Counted from the whole stretch's first letter, positions 38,392 to 52,637 are shown. The stretch is DNA of 56,686 bases, filler included, from Jimgerdemannia flammicorona (GCA_003990765.1; 2 parts of 2 records of this genome joined end to end with filler, not necessarily neighbours in it); one strand, 5' to 3'. A program made the numbers and translations. Notes: generated by a model not told the origin, from the letters alone.

Positions 38392-40460
38392 TGTAAGCGC
38401 ACAACCTCCAAGCCACCGAAATTACACGTCACCCTCTGAACAAGCTACTGAAATTACACGCGACCTCCAAACAAATCTGGAAATCACCTGCTCGATCACG
38501 AAGCTGAGTCAAACCGAAGTTACAGCACACAAAGCTGAGTCAATACGAAGTCATAAAACACAAGATTTACACAAACGGAATCTTACCAATCAGGACCAAA
38601 TGTATATATACCGAGTACCGAGATGCATCAAATCAGAAAACCAAAACAAACAACAACCACAACTTCCAAACACATAAACATGACCACTGAGATCTACAAC
38701 TGCATCCGCGCTGACATTTGGAATGCCATTGTCAACCGAGCCACACCCCCTCTGCCCCTCATGAATATCCATAGCCTGGCACCTCTCTACTTTGTGGAAG
38801 CCCAATGGAATGCCCTGAATATGCTTAGTGAGGCCTACCGAATCAGATAAATCTCAAGCTACTATCAGATTGGCTGCCTCCTGGAAGACATGGTCGAACA
38901 CCACCATGATACAGACATTACCCAGATGTCTCAACACCAGAAGCTCATCACCTGCAAACATCGAGAACTCTTCTATGAGTACAATACCTTTATTCCCTAC
39001 CTCCAAGTCACTACCAGCGAAATGGTTGCTACCCTATCCTATGGCCAAATCGATGACATGATACAAGAACTCAATCACAAGTACCTCGAGTATGTCGAAA
39101 CCACAGACAGAACCTTCCCGCACCCTGATGACCATATCCTGCAAATGCCTCAAGTCGGATATGCCATGAAGGATGTCTATGATATAATCCACTTCGACGA
39201 AGATGAAGCAGAAGACAATGATCCCTCTGATGCCGACATGACCTCAAGCCAAGGATCTCTGCCAACCCTGATCACGCCACCAATCTTGCTGATGAACTTA
39301 CAACAGTTCATAACCGCATATGAGACTTATTGGGACAATGACCACTGGCACGAATACCAACCTGCGTTCACCCCCAATTACTTCAATTACAATGAAGAGA
39401 CCGGAGAACACAACCTATACCTCCAGACAACCCTCGAGATCGAACCAACAACCCTACTACCTGAGTATGAGTGATATGAACTACAGCCGCCAGCTTACTA
39501 CAACCCCACAACTCATAGTACTGTAACCTATAGAAGGTACGCAGACAGCGAATCTGATGAAAGCGAAGACAATACACCCATCCTTCGCCCACCAACACCT
39601 TATCCAGCCTACGAAACAGATGATGCTATCCTGTGAGATGGAGACGAAGTCCCAATGTATTACTACCTCAGCAAACAAGGAGAAGTAATCTGCGAACCCA
39701 TTATTCCTAGATGACTACTTCATCAGAGATGATGCAATCGATGGTAATATCATCGAAGACTACCCAGATAGTGCCTAAACCCATAAATAGCCTAGCAGTC
39801 ATAGTATAGTTAGATTAGCCTTGTATGACGTGACTGTGAACTAACTCAGCAGATGATCTCTTGACATGTCAGATCACACTTGTACTATGTGACTATATTC
39901 TGACTCAGCAAGGCACTAAGTACTACATCCATATTTAGCATAGTTCAGATATCCCCTCACTAGTATAAATACCCCCTCCCCCAGATCTCAGAATCTCAGA
40001 CTTAAACAGACTCAAACACACAAGAACATTCCTGAATACTTCCCCACAATATCCCTTCATACAACTACTCCTAGTATAGCAATATCATGAATAGCAAATA
40101 AACCTATTCCATAACCCATAAACCACTCTTAAGTAAATCTGCTCCCTGTTAGGTCCCATTCCTAACCCCATCACGAAATTTCCTAATTGGATATTGTCTG
40201 CAGCGATATGCCAATTCAACTAAGCTGGTCTTAGTTTCTTGAACTTCCTGAAATACAGAAAATCCTGAACATCCAGAACTAGTCCGGAAAAGGACTTTGG
40301 TTGAGATGTCAACTCGATCTTGAAATCAATAAGCGTAGAGGACGTACTCTATATAAAATTGATCTTGACTATAAGAAAACGGTCTTTCAGAATATCCAGA
40401 ACCTCCAGAAAACCCTTCCAGAACTATGTAATGGTTACCCTAAAAAGTAACCCTCTTACA
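38392..40460 (+). repeat. 3' LTR of copy C; contains the LTR-ORF at 38680-39778
   Basis: Direct repeat of the 5' LTR. Confidence 0.96.
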
Positions 40461-40465
40461 CCAAC

Positions 40466-43015
40466 CCACAATTCATGAGCTCTTTTGACCTGCAAAATGG
40501 TTACTGGCAAATTGCCATGAAAGAAGAAGACATCTACAAGACAGCTTTCCGAACTCGCTATAGATACTTTGAGTTCCTGGTTATGCCCTTTGGCTTAACT
40601 AATACTCCAGCAACCTTCCAGACACTGATGAATACCATTCTGCATCCATACCTGAACAAATTCATTGTTGTCTACATTGATGACATCCTAGTCTTCAGCA
40701 AAACCCTGGAAGAACATCTTGAACACCTTGAACTAGTGCTACTAAAACTCCGAGAAAACCGACTCTTTACAAAACTCAGTAAGTGTGAATTTCTTCTGAA
40801 AGAAATTCAGTTCCTTGGACATATTGTCACTCCAAATGGAATCAAAGTAGACTCTAGCAAAATCTTTGCATTCAAGGATTGGCCCAGACCGAAGAAGCTG
40901 AAAGACCTCCAGTCATTTCTGGGATTAGCAAACTATTACAGGCGATTTGTTGCCAACTTTGCTAAAATCACTACTGCCCTCACCCAAATGACCAAGCACA
41001 GTAAGAAACAAGAACAACCTTGGACCATGAAACAAGAGAAAGACTTCAACAATCTTGTAAATTGGGGACCCGAACAAGATACTGCCTTCCAAGCACTGAA
41101 AGATGCTCTGATAACTACACCAGTACTTCAAGCGGCAAACCCTGCCCTACTATATGAAGTCACCACTGATGCCTCTGACCTAGCTCTTGGAGCAGTGCTC
41201 ATGCAAGAAGGACACCCTGTGGCCTATCACTCCCGCAAGTTCAATGATGCTAAAATCAACTACGCAACTCACGAGAAGGAAATGCTAGCCATCATAGACA
41301 CTCTGATCAAATGGCGACCATATCTAGAAGGAGCACACTTCACTGTATTGACTGATTACAAGTCATTAGTCAACATCAAGACACAGGCTACCCTTTCTCG
41401 AAAGCAAGCTAGATGGATGAAAGTCCTCACCAACTTTGACTACAAAATCCAGTACCACCCTGGCAAGGAAAACATTGTTGCCGATGCAATCTCCAGACCA
41501 CCAATCGAAGAGGTTATCCAAACTCTGACCTTGATTACCAACACTATCATGGAACAAATCATCGCAGCATGTGTTGATGATAAAGAAGCTCAAGCACTCT
41601 GAGAAATCCTGAACAATGATGATACTCACAAGCATACCTGGTACAATCAATACCAACTCAAGGACAATGCTATCTACTACAAGGACAGATTGTATGTTCC
41701 AACCAACCGAGACCTCCGAAAGACTATTCTATTTAAATGTCATGATGCCCCTACAGCTGGACATTTAGGATTTGACAAATGCTATGAAGTTATCTCCTGA
41801 AACTTCTATTGGCCCCGCATGGCAGATCAGCTCAAAACCTACATCACTTCCTGTAATGCCTGCCAACAAAACAAGTCCTCAACACTAGCAAAACCCGGCT
41901 TACTCCACCCTATCCCAGTACCATCCACAAATTGGGAACAAATCTCTATGGACTTCATTGTACAACTACCCTGAACCAAGAACGGAAAAGATGCAATTGT
42001 TGTCTTTGTGGACTATCTCAGCAAACAAGCCCACTTTGTGCCTACTACCACTACTGCAACAGCACCAGACATAGCCACACTCTTGTTTGACAACATCTTC
42101 CACTATCATGGTCTTCCTAAGATCATTGTTAGTGACCGAGATCTGAAATTCACCAGCTACTTTTGGAAAGCCCTCCATGCATACCTTGGAACAAAACTTG
42201 CACTATCCACAGCCTTTCACCCTGAAACCGATGGCCAAACCAAAAGAATGAACTGAACTCTGGAACAAATGCTAAGGAACTATATCTCCTACAGACAAGA
42301 TGATTGGCATGAACATCTCACCGCAGTCGAGTTTGCCTATAACAACAGCAAGCAAGCCTCTCTTGGAATGACCCCATTCTTCGCTAATACTGGACAAAAC
42401 CCAAACACCCCTTTGACACTTATCTGAACTACCGATGAACTCTCCACAGTTGAAGCTGTTGAAGAATTCCTACTCCAAATGTGCAATCTAAGCCAGATCG
42501 CAATTGAGAACTTATCACGAGCTCAAGAACAACAGTCACAGTATGTTAACCAACACCACCGAGAAGAAACCTTTGACATTGGAGAAAAAGTTCTACTAGA
42601 CATCAGAGGATACCGAGTTGACAACCTCAAGCACAGACCATCCACAAAGCTGAACAGCAAGTTCATTGGACCATTTGAAGTCATTGCACAAGTCTCTCCA
42701 ACCTCCTACAAATTGGCACTACCAGACACCATTAAGATTCACCCAGTCTTTAATGTTCAATGTCTCAAGCGATATAATGAGAATGATGACGAACTATTCC
42801 CAAACTGGACCACCAAACTACCTGTACCTGTTATCATTAATGACCAAGAAGAGTACGAAGTTGAACAAATTCTCAACAAATGTGGCAACAAGAACCATCC
42901 CGAGTACCTTGTCAAATGGAAAGGTTACCCGATCCATGATACAACCTGGGAACCTAAGACTAATCTCCAGAATGCTACTGACCTAGTTCAGAAATATGAT
43001 TCCTTGAACAACTAG
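40466..43015 (+). pseudogene. pol: Copy B pol 3' part: RT, RNase H, integrase, chromodomain
   Basis: 375-aa ORF with YIDD and TDAS; 178-aa ORF with the GPF motif and chromodomain. Confidence 0.95.
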
Positions 43016-43227
43016 AACCAAATATTCCGCACCTATCCGTACATACTATATATTATCCTCCCGAACATTATAACTATCACGAACCAAGTCAAGAACTCAG
43101 CAAAACAAGATAAGAATACCGAATCCCTGGAAAAAATAGCAAAACTGAAAGCAAGCCTATTCTCTCTGTACCACTGAACAAATTAGAAGACCCCAACGAG
43201 GACGTCGAAAGCTATGAAGGGGAGAGT

Positions 43228-45256
43228 TGTAAGCACACAACCTCCAAGCCACCGAAATTACACGCAACCTCTGAACAAATCTAGAAATCACCTGCTTGAT
43301 CACGAAGCTGAGTCAAACCAAAGTCACAGCGCACAAAGCTAAGTCAATACGAAGTCACAGAATACAAGATTTACACAAACGAAATCTTACCAATCAGAAC
43401 CAAATGTATATATACCGAGCACCGAGACATGTCGAATCAGAGAACCAAAACAAACAACAACCACAACTTCCAAATACACAAACATGACCACTGAGATCTA
43501 CAACCATATCCGCGCTGACATTTGGAATGCCATTGTCAACCGAGCCACACCCCCTCTGCCCCTCATGAATATCCATAGCCTGGCACCCCTCTACTTCATG
43601 GAAGCCCAATGGAACGCCCTGAACATGCTTAGCAAGGCCCACTAAATCGGACAAATCTCAAGCTACTACCAGATTGGCCGCCTTCTGGAAGACATGGTCG
43701 AACACCACCATGATATGGACATTACCCAGATGTCTCAACACCAGAAGCTCATCACCTGCAAACATCGAGAACTCTTCTATGAGTACAACACCTTTATTCT
43801 CCACCTCCGAGTCACTACTAGTAAAATGATAGCTACCCTATCCTATGGTCAAATCGATGACATGATACAAGAACTCAATCAGAAGTACCTCGAGTACGTT
43901 GAAACCACAGACAGAACCTTCCCACACCCCAATGATCACATCCTGCAAATGCCCCAAGTTGGATATGCTATGAAGGACGTCTACGATATAATCCACTTCG
44001 ATGAAGATGAAGCAGAAGACAATGATCCCTCTGATGCCGACATGACCTCTAGCCAAGAATCTCTGCCAACCCTGATCACTCCGCCAACCTTGCCGATGAA
44101 CTTACAACAATTCATAACTGCATACGAGACTTATTGGGACAATGACCACTGGCATGAATACCAACCCGCGTTCACCCCCGATTGCTTTAACTACAATGAA
44201 GAGACCGGAGAACACAACCTGTACCTCCAGACAACCCTTGAGATCGAACCAACTATACCACCACCTGAGTATGAGCAACATGAACCACAGCCGCCAGCTT
44301 ACTACAACCCCATGACTCATAGTGCCATAACGTATAGAAGGTACGCAGACAGCGAATCCGATGAAAGCGAAGACAATACACCCATCCTTCGCCCACCAAC
44401 ACCTTATCCAGCCTATGAGACAGACGATGCTATTCTGTGGGATGGAGACAAAGTCCCAATATATTACTACCTCAGCCAATAAGGAGAAGTAATCCGCGAA
44501 CCACTCTTCCTAGATGACTACATCAGAGATGATGCAATCGATGGTGATGTCATTGAGGACTACCCAGACAGTGCCTAAACCCATAAATAGCCTAGCAGTC
44601 ATATTATAGTTAGATTAGCCTTATACAACGTGACTGTGAACTGACTCAGCAGTCAGACGATCTCTTGATATATCAGATCACACTTGTACTACGTGACTGC
44701 ATTCCAACTCAGCAAGGTACTTAGTGCTATATCCATATTCAGCATAGTCCAGATAGCCCCTCACTAGTATAAATACCCCCTCCCCCAGACCTCAGAATCT
44801 CAGACTTGAACAATCCGAACACAACTCCTGAATACTTCCCCACAATATCCCTTCATACAAATACTCCTAGTATAGTAATATCATGAATAGCAAATAAACC
44901 TATTCCATAACCCACAAACTACTCTTAAGTAAATCCACTCCCTGTTAGGTCCCACTCCTAACCCCATCACGAAATCTCCTAATTGGGTATTGTCTGCAGC
45001 GATACACCAATTCAACTAAGCTGGTCTTAGTTTCTCAAACTTCCTGAAATATGGAAAATCCTGAACATCCAGAACTAGTCCGGGAAAGAACTTTGGTTGA
45101 GACGTCAACCCAATCTTGAAATCAATAAGCATAGAGGACGTACTCCATACGAAATTGATCTTGACCATAAGAAAACAGTCTTCCAGAATATCCAGAATCT
45201 CCAGAAAACTCTTCCAGAACTACGTATCGGTTACCCTAAAAAGTAACCCTCTTACA
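43228..45256 (+). repeat. 3' LTR of copy B; LTR-ORF at 43484-44578 (262-aa open stretch)
   Basis: PPT, TGTAAG..CTTACA ends, homology to the other LTRs. Confidence 0.95.
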
Positions 45257-45260
45257 CTAG

Positions 45261-46313
45261 GGCCCAATCCACCAAATCACCAAAAGAAGCTTAGAGTGAT
45301 ACCTACCATCTAACTGCTCTGCATCAATCAAAAGGCTCTACCAAAGCAGCACCCACCCCAGCCCTGATGACTGCCCTCAGTCTGACACCCTATTGATTCA
45401 TCATTATTATCCTTTCTCCTATCTGTGATGGCTATCTCTCCTCCCATCCTGACAATATCTGAAAAACAGTCACCTATACCAGAACTATGCTCACCGAGAA
45501 GCTTGCCAAAGCCAGAGGGCCCTACCACAGATACTGAGGACCTGCAGATAACCTATGCTGAGCACTTGATACCCAAGGTCAGCCAACTCCCTATGTAGCT
45601 CATGATATACTGAGACAGTACCTTATTGGCAATGGCAAAAGGAAGAAAATGTCACACTAAAACAGATATACTCCAGATGTAGCCAAAGGTACCAGAAATT
45701 GCAAAAAAGTGGAGAAGACACCAATCTGACACTAATAAAGGGGCAACTCATTACTATTACCTCCCTCTCACTGCCCTGTAATAGGTACAGCAAACCAATC
45801 TAACAGCTTCTTTCTCCACTACCTTATCAGTCACAATGGTTTAGTAGGCAATCTTCCAAGTCCACTTTCTACAATTATTATCCCCTCTACCTTGGGTTGG
45901 TTTGCTATATCTATTGTAGGATAGTGGAGAGAAGGTAATGGTGATAAGTTGCCTCTTTATTGGTATTAGATCAGTATCTTCTCCACTTTTTCACAGTTTC
46001 TGATGCCTTCAACTATATCTGGAGTATATCCATTTTGGTGCAGTATCTTCTTTCTTTTGCTATTACCAACAAGGTGCTGTCTCAATATGTCATGGGCTGC
46101 ATAGAGAGTCAGCTGACCTTGGGCATCAAGTGCTCAGTATAGGTTACCTGCAGGTCCTCGGTATCTATAGTGGGGTCTTCTGGCTTTGGTGAGCTTCCTA
46201 GTGAGCATAGTTCTGGTATAGGTGACTGCTTTTCAGATGTTGTCAGGATGAGAGGGGAGATGGCCATCACAGATAGGAAGAAGAGTAATAATGGTAAACC
46301 AGTAGAGTACTAG
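45261..46313. repeat. Two copies of repeat X in inverted arrangement (arms about 45385-45803 and 45892-46313)
   Basis: The arms are reverse complements (e.g. CAGCAAACCAATCTAA / TTGGGTTGGTTTGCTA) with a ~90-bp spacer. Confidence 0.8.
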
Positions 46314-49300
46314 TATAAGTACACAACCTCTAAGTCACCAAAATTGCATATCATCCTTAGAACCAATTTGGAAACTATATGCAAGACTATAAAACAAGTT
46401 ACTGAAGAGATTATCTGGTTATACAAAATATACCAGTAAGCACAAGAACCCACTACCAAGATACAAGAATATCAGAAGAAGTACTATAACCATAAGACCA
46501 ACTCTGAATCTCTATAACTAGTTTGGTATACTGTACTATTATAAAAAGAAACCAAAAGTATCAAAATCAAACCAAGACAAGAAGAACTCTATCTCATTTA
46601 TCAAAGGTTCATGAACTGTTCTTATCAACTCAAGACCAAGATATACTGCAACTATACAAGATCTCATTACTTAGCAGAAGTAAAACATATTTGAACAACT
46701 CTATTCACTCTATCTGTGTCACTTCTATTAGAGAGTAATGGATGCTTCATCTGAACTCAAGAAAGCTGACATTATTGAAACCAATCTCAAGCTATCCGTG
46801 TGACAGATATTACTACTAGAAATTGCCTCAGATTATAGAAAATATCATTTCTGAGAGGTTTGAACCCCCAGCTGCAACATTGAGAGCCCTCACCCTAGAC
46901 AAGAATAGCCAGTCCTTACAAATACACCAGTAGTCCAAAAAAGAGAACCAAGACCTATTATCCTTATAAAACTACTGCCACCAAGGATAGTCTTAATCTT
47001 GCAAGAGATAGAAGTAATAATACCTTTGAAACTGATGATGTCAGAAGTTAGAAAACTGCTCAGACTTTGTCAGAGATGATGTCATCAATAGTAATATCAT
47101 CAAAGACTAACCAGACAGCTGCTAAATCTATAGATAGCTTAGCAGTTATAGTATAATTAGATTAGCCTTATACAATATGACTGTGAACTGACTTAGCAGT
47201 CAGATGATCTCTTGACATGTCAGATCACACTTATACTATATGATTGTATTTTAACTCAGCAAGGCACTAAGTACTACATCTATATCTAGCATAGTCTAGA
47301 TAGCCCCTCACTAGTATAAATACCCCCTCTCCCAGACCTTAGAATCTGAGACTTGAACAATCTGAATATAACTTCTGAGCACTTTCTCACAATATCTCTT
47401 CACACAAACTACTTCTAGTATAGCAATATTATGAATAGTAAATAAACCTATTTAATAACCCACAAACTACTCTTAAGTAAATCTACTCCCCATTAGGTCC
47501 CACTCCTAACTCCATCATGAAATATCCTAATTGGGTATTGTTTGCAGTGATACACCAATTCAACTAAGCTGGTCTTAGTTTCTTGAACTTTCTGAAATAC
47601 AAGAAATCCTGAACATCCAGAACTAGTCCAAAAAAAGAACTTTGGTTAAGACATCAACCCAATCTAGAAATCAATAAGCATAGAGGATGTACTCTATATG
47701 AAATTGATCTTGACCTTAAGAAAATAGTCTTCTAGAATATCCAGAACTTCCAGAAAACCCTTCCAGAACTATATAATGATTACTCTAATAAGTAACTCTC
47801 TAACAACTTAGTAATAGTGGTTTACAATCCAATTCTACTTCAAGATACTTCCTCACTCTGCTACAAACCCCTCTGAGAATTCCTACAAGTTAGTATAGAG
47901 CCCAACCTCTGAACTGGAATTTATCCTAAACTATCTGATAATCTGGAGAGAATTGAACCTAATGTATAAGGACAATTTGACCTCCACACCTACAACAAGT
48001 GGGACAAACTTCATTCAAAGAAAGAAGTACTCCAATTAAATCAGCAGATAGGTGAAACCCTATTCACTAAACTCCTTGCTCTATACCCCACAAGTCAAGA
48101 TAAAGAAGGTCTTATAAAAGCCTTCTTTATTCTTCTCAACAAGAGTTCTATTAGCTCCACAAATCTGAGTGACTTAGAACAACCAGCAGCAGTCTTTCTA
48201 GCCTTAGTTCCTCATGAAGCCCAGTCTCTATAGCCAAGTGGCTCAACTCTACTGATTTTCACCATACCAGGACCAAGACTACATTATACTACCAATTCCA
48301 GAATAGTAAGATCTGCTATATTCTTAAGGAAGAAGCAAGAGAAACTCTTCATCAACAACCTGACTCTGAATCAAAAGCAGGCCCTGCTACAGCTCTACCT
48401 GAACCTGAAACCAATACCAAACCAGAACTTGACTTTGAGTTAAGTCTATCTGAAATCAGATATATAACTGATTCTGTCTACTTCAATGCTGAGCAAACCC
48501 AACTATATAGAGACCAAGCCGAAGAGGAGGAAGAGTATCTCAGTGAATCCAATCCCAGATATACTACTGAAGGAGATGTACCTCCATCAGGACAGAATAC
48601 ACCTACACAGCAACAAATAGTTATCTATTGAGTCCTCACTCCTGACCCACAACTATTACTCTAGCAACTTACATAGACCCAAAGAACTCTATCACACTTT
48701 GCACCAGTACCTCAAGTAGTACCAGTAACACCACTACCAGCAGTCAAACCATCTCCAGCAAACAATATAGCAAATCAACAGATTCTAGACCTCACAGCTC
48801 AGATAGCAATAATGGCAGCAACTATTACTACCTTAGCTGAACAGATCCAACCTACCAAAAATCTGAGCCTACCTACCTTCAATGGTACTGCACATGAAGT
48901 CCAAAGCTTTATTAGCATAGTTGACATCAACTTTGAAGCCAATCAATGGACCAACAAGTGAGTCACTGACTGCCTTCTGATAAACAATCAAGACCACACT
49001 CTGAAACAACTCTTTGCTACCACTACAGCCTATGTCCACCAAGTTGTTACATTCTTCTAAGGACCCACTGAAGAATGGTGGTGAATCCTTCTTGAAAAAC
49101 CCCTCACATGGGATACCCAACCTGCAGTTATTGCCCAAAATGCAGCAAACAATACTCCAGGATATAGAGCCCATCCTACAGCCCCTGGACTGAAACAACT
49201 CATGATTGCTCAATACCACAGTGAGACCATGATTGCCAAATCTTGAGTAAAACTCCACAATCTCAAATTCAATGTATATGGCAAGAAAGAATTCAAAACT

Positions 49301-52300
49301 TTCTGTACAAAACTCAAGTCACTCCTGAACATAGTTGGCCTAGGATATATTGCCAATGATGAAGTATGAAATGGTACAAGAGCAGACCATCTATTTGATG
49401 CACTAACTGAATGGCTTACAAGAAAAATCTGAGAACAAGGATGCCTAGTTGGTTGTGATCACCAACAATAGTACCTGGTAAGAATCAAGACTATGGTCAA
49501 GCAAATCCTAACAGCTGGACCAATTCTGCCCCAAAGACAATTTAACAACAAGAAAAAGACTTGGACCAAGAAAGAAGAACCCAAGTATGAAGCATCTCAA
49601 GCTCCCTCAACATCCACCTCATGGACACCTAGAAATCATGAACCCACCTAGCTGAGTACCTTTAAGAAACTCACTGAAAGAGAAATAAATGAACTTCAAA
49701 GAAGCAGAGTATGCTTCTATTGCCAAAAAATAGGATACATGACCAGTGCCTGCTCTAACTGAAAACCCCAAACAGCAATACGAATAACTGTTACTACTCT
49801 GCACCATCTCAATAACCTGACCACCAGAATACTAGACTTTGTCAAGTTAAGGCAAACTGCCAAGGCCCCAACTAAAGAAAGCCAAAAGACAGCTGGATAT
49901 GATCTGTATGCAGCTAAAAAAGCTACAGTTTCCAACTGAGAAGTCAAGTAAGTCTATACAGAAATCAGCATCCAAATTCCTGAAGAACATATTGGAAAAA
50001 TATACTATCACAGCAGCCTAGCATTGAAAGGACTCTCAGTAGAAGGAGGAGTTATTGACAAAGATTATACAGGTAAAATCATTGTCCTCATCTGAAACCA
50101 TAGTTGGACACCCTTCAAGATCCCCATTAATTACTGTATTGCCCAGATCCTATTTGAGAAAATTAAGTCAACCCTGACAGTCAAGGAAGTCCCTGAACTA
50201 CTACCCACCATCTAAGGATCCAAAGGATTTGGCTCATAAAATAAGGCCTCAGCCCAATCTATTATGTGCAAAGAAGAACAATTCTACAAGAAAATCAAAG
50301 ATGGATATATACTAAGTGGCCAATGCCCCCATGATATTGGAATGTACTCTTCCTGAATAATTGATAATTGCTTCTCTTGTGTCAATAAATTGGCTCAAAG
50401 AAGAACCAACAAAAGAAAAGCTCCTATAACTGAAATCACCATCATTGGATCAGACAAACTGCTTATACTTCAAGCTTTTGTCAATTGAGCATTTGTCAAG
50501 ATTATGATAGACAGCAGTATCTCAGGCAACTTCATCAATGAAGAAACAGCCAACAGACTCAAGGTCTTCACCTCTCCAGTATAACAAACTCAAGCAGTTG
50601 CCACAGCTGATGGAATCTCACATGTTATTAGTAAGGAAGTCCACAATCTACCCTTCCAAATTGATAGCTATCAAGTACATGTTACCCTGCAAATTGTACC
50701 ACTTTCTGACAATGAAATTATCCTTGGAACCCCATGGTTGAAACAAGAGAACCCTATGATCGATTGGGTAAACCATTCTCTGACTATTAAGAAAGGATGC
50801 CACAACTTCAAACTATAAGACAAAAAGGACCCACTCAGCTCTAGCAACCCTAGACCAAAGATCACCCACATCAACAAGCTATAGCTCAAGAAATTGATCA
50901 AGAAATGTCCTCTCTTTGCCATCTCTATCTGCCTATCCAAAGAAGATCCCAAGAACTCTGAAGAAGACTTTTCCAAGATCAACAGCCATATCAGACTCTT
51001 ACTCCAGAAAGTCTGAGATACATTTCTGAACTGAACCACAGAACCACCTATACCTGTCATTATTAATGATCAAGAAGAATACAAAGTTGAACAAATCCTC
51101 AACAAACATAGCCACAAGAATCATCCAAATGATACAATACTAGATCAAATTAGAAGGTCTCAATGAGGATGTCAAAAGCTAAGAAGGGGAGAGTTGTAAG
51201 TGTACAACCTCCAAGCCACCAAAATTACATATCATCCTCAGAACCAATTTGGAAACCATATGCAAGACTACAAACAAGTTACTGAAGAGATTATCTGATT
51301 ATACAAAATATACCAGTATGTATAAGAACTCACCACTAAGACACAAGAATACCAAAAGAAGTACTATAACCATAAGACTGACTCTGAACCTCTATAACTA
51401 GTTTGGTGTACTGTACTATTACAAAAGGAAACCAAAAGTACTAAAATCAAACCAAGACAAGAAGAACCCTAGCTCATCCATCAAAGGTTCATGAACTATA
51501 CTTATCAACTCAAGACCAAGATATACTGCAACTATATAAGACCTCATTACTTAGCAGAAGTAAAATGCATTTGAATAACTCTGTTCACTCTATCTGTATC
51601 ACCTCTATTGAAGAGTGACAGATACTTCATCTGAACTCAAAAAAGCCAACATTGTCGAAACCAATCTCAAGCTATCTATGTGATAGATATTACTACTAGA
51701 AATTGTCTCAGATTATAGAAAATATCATTTCCAAGAGGTTTGAACTCTCAGCTGCAACATTGTGAGCCCTTGCCTTAGACAAAGATGGCCAGTCCTTATA
51801 AATATACCAGTAGTCCAAAAAAAAAAGAGAACCAAGACCTGTTATCCTTATACAACTACTGCTACTAAGGATAGCCTTAATCTTACAAGAGATAGAAGTG
51901 ATAACACCTTTGAAACTGATAATGTCAGAAGTCAGAAAACTGCTCAGACTTTGCCAGAGATAATGTCATCAATAGTGATATCATCAAAGACTAACCAAAC
52001 AACAGCTAAATCTAAAGATAGCTTAGCAGTCATAGTATAGTTAGATTAGCCTTATACAATATGACTGTATTCTGACTCAGCAAGGCACTAAGTGTTATAT
52101 CCATATCTAGCATAGTCTAGATAGCCCCTCACTAGTATAAATACCTCCTCTCCCAGACCTCAGAATCTGAGACTCAAACAATCTGAACACAACTTCTGAG
52201 TACTTTCCCACAATATTTCTTTATACAAACTACTCCTAATATAGCAATATCATAAATAGTGAATAAACCTATTTAATAACCCACAAACTACTCTTAAGTA

Positions 52301-52626
52301 AATCCACTTTCCATTAGGTCCTACTCCTAACCCCATCATGAAATTTCCTAATTGGGTATTTTCTGCAGCAATATACCAATTCAACTAAGCTGGTCTTAGT
52401 TTCTTGAACTTTCTGAAATACAAGAAATTCTGAACATCCAGAACTAGTCTGAAAAAAGGACTTTGGTTGAGATATCAATCTGATGTAGAAATCAATAAGC
52501 ATAGAGGATGTACTCCATATGAAATTGATCTTGACCTTAAGAAAATGGTCTTCCAGAATATCCAGAACTTCCAGAAAACCCTTCCAGAACTATGTAACAG
52601 TTATCCTAACAAGTAACCCTCTTACA
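46314..52626 (+). mobile_element. Chromovirus copy D: internally deleted (no RT, RH or INT) with type II LTRs at 46314-47805 and 51195-52626
   Basis: Retains leader, gag, dUTPase, protease and a partial chromodomain, plus the PPT. Degenerate TSD ACTAG/GCCAG; the uninterrupted repeat X reads ACCAG at this site. Confidence 0.9.
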
Positions 52627-52637
52627 GCCAGGCTAGA

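Larger units (their letters stand above)
29801..40460 (+). mobile_element. Chromovirus copy C, full length (10,660 bp), best-preserved complete copy, nested in copy B
   Basis: LTRs 29801-31872 and 38392-40460; perfect TSD CCAAC (29796-29800, 40461-40465); PBS and PPT present. Confidence 0.97.
28399..45256 (+). mobile_element. Chromovirus copy B (5' part lost in the gap), interrupted in RT by copy C
   Basis: dUTPase-PR-RT start at 28399-29800. RT resumes at 40466 (..DRLTN|PQFMSSFDL). 3' LTR at 43228-45256. Confidence 0.93.
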
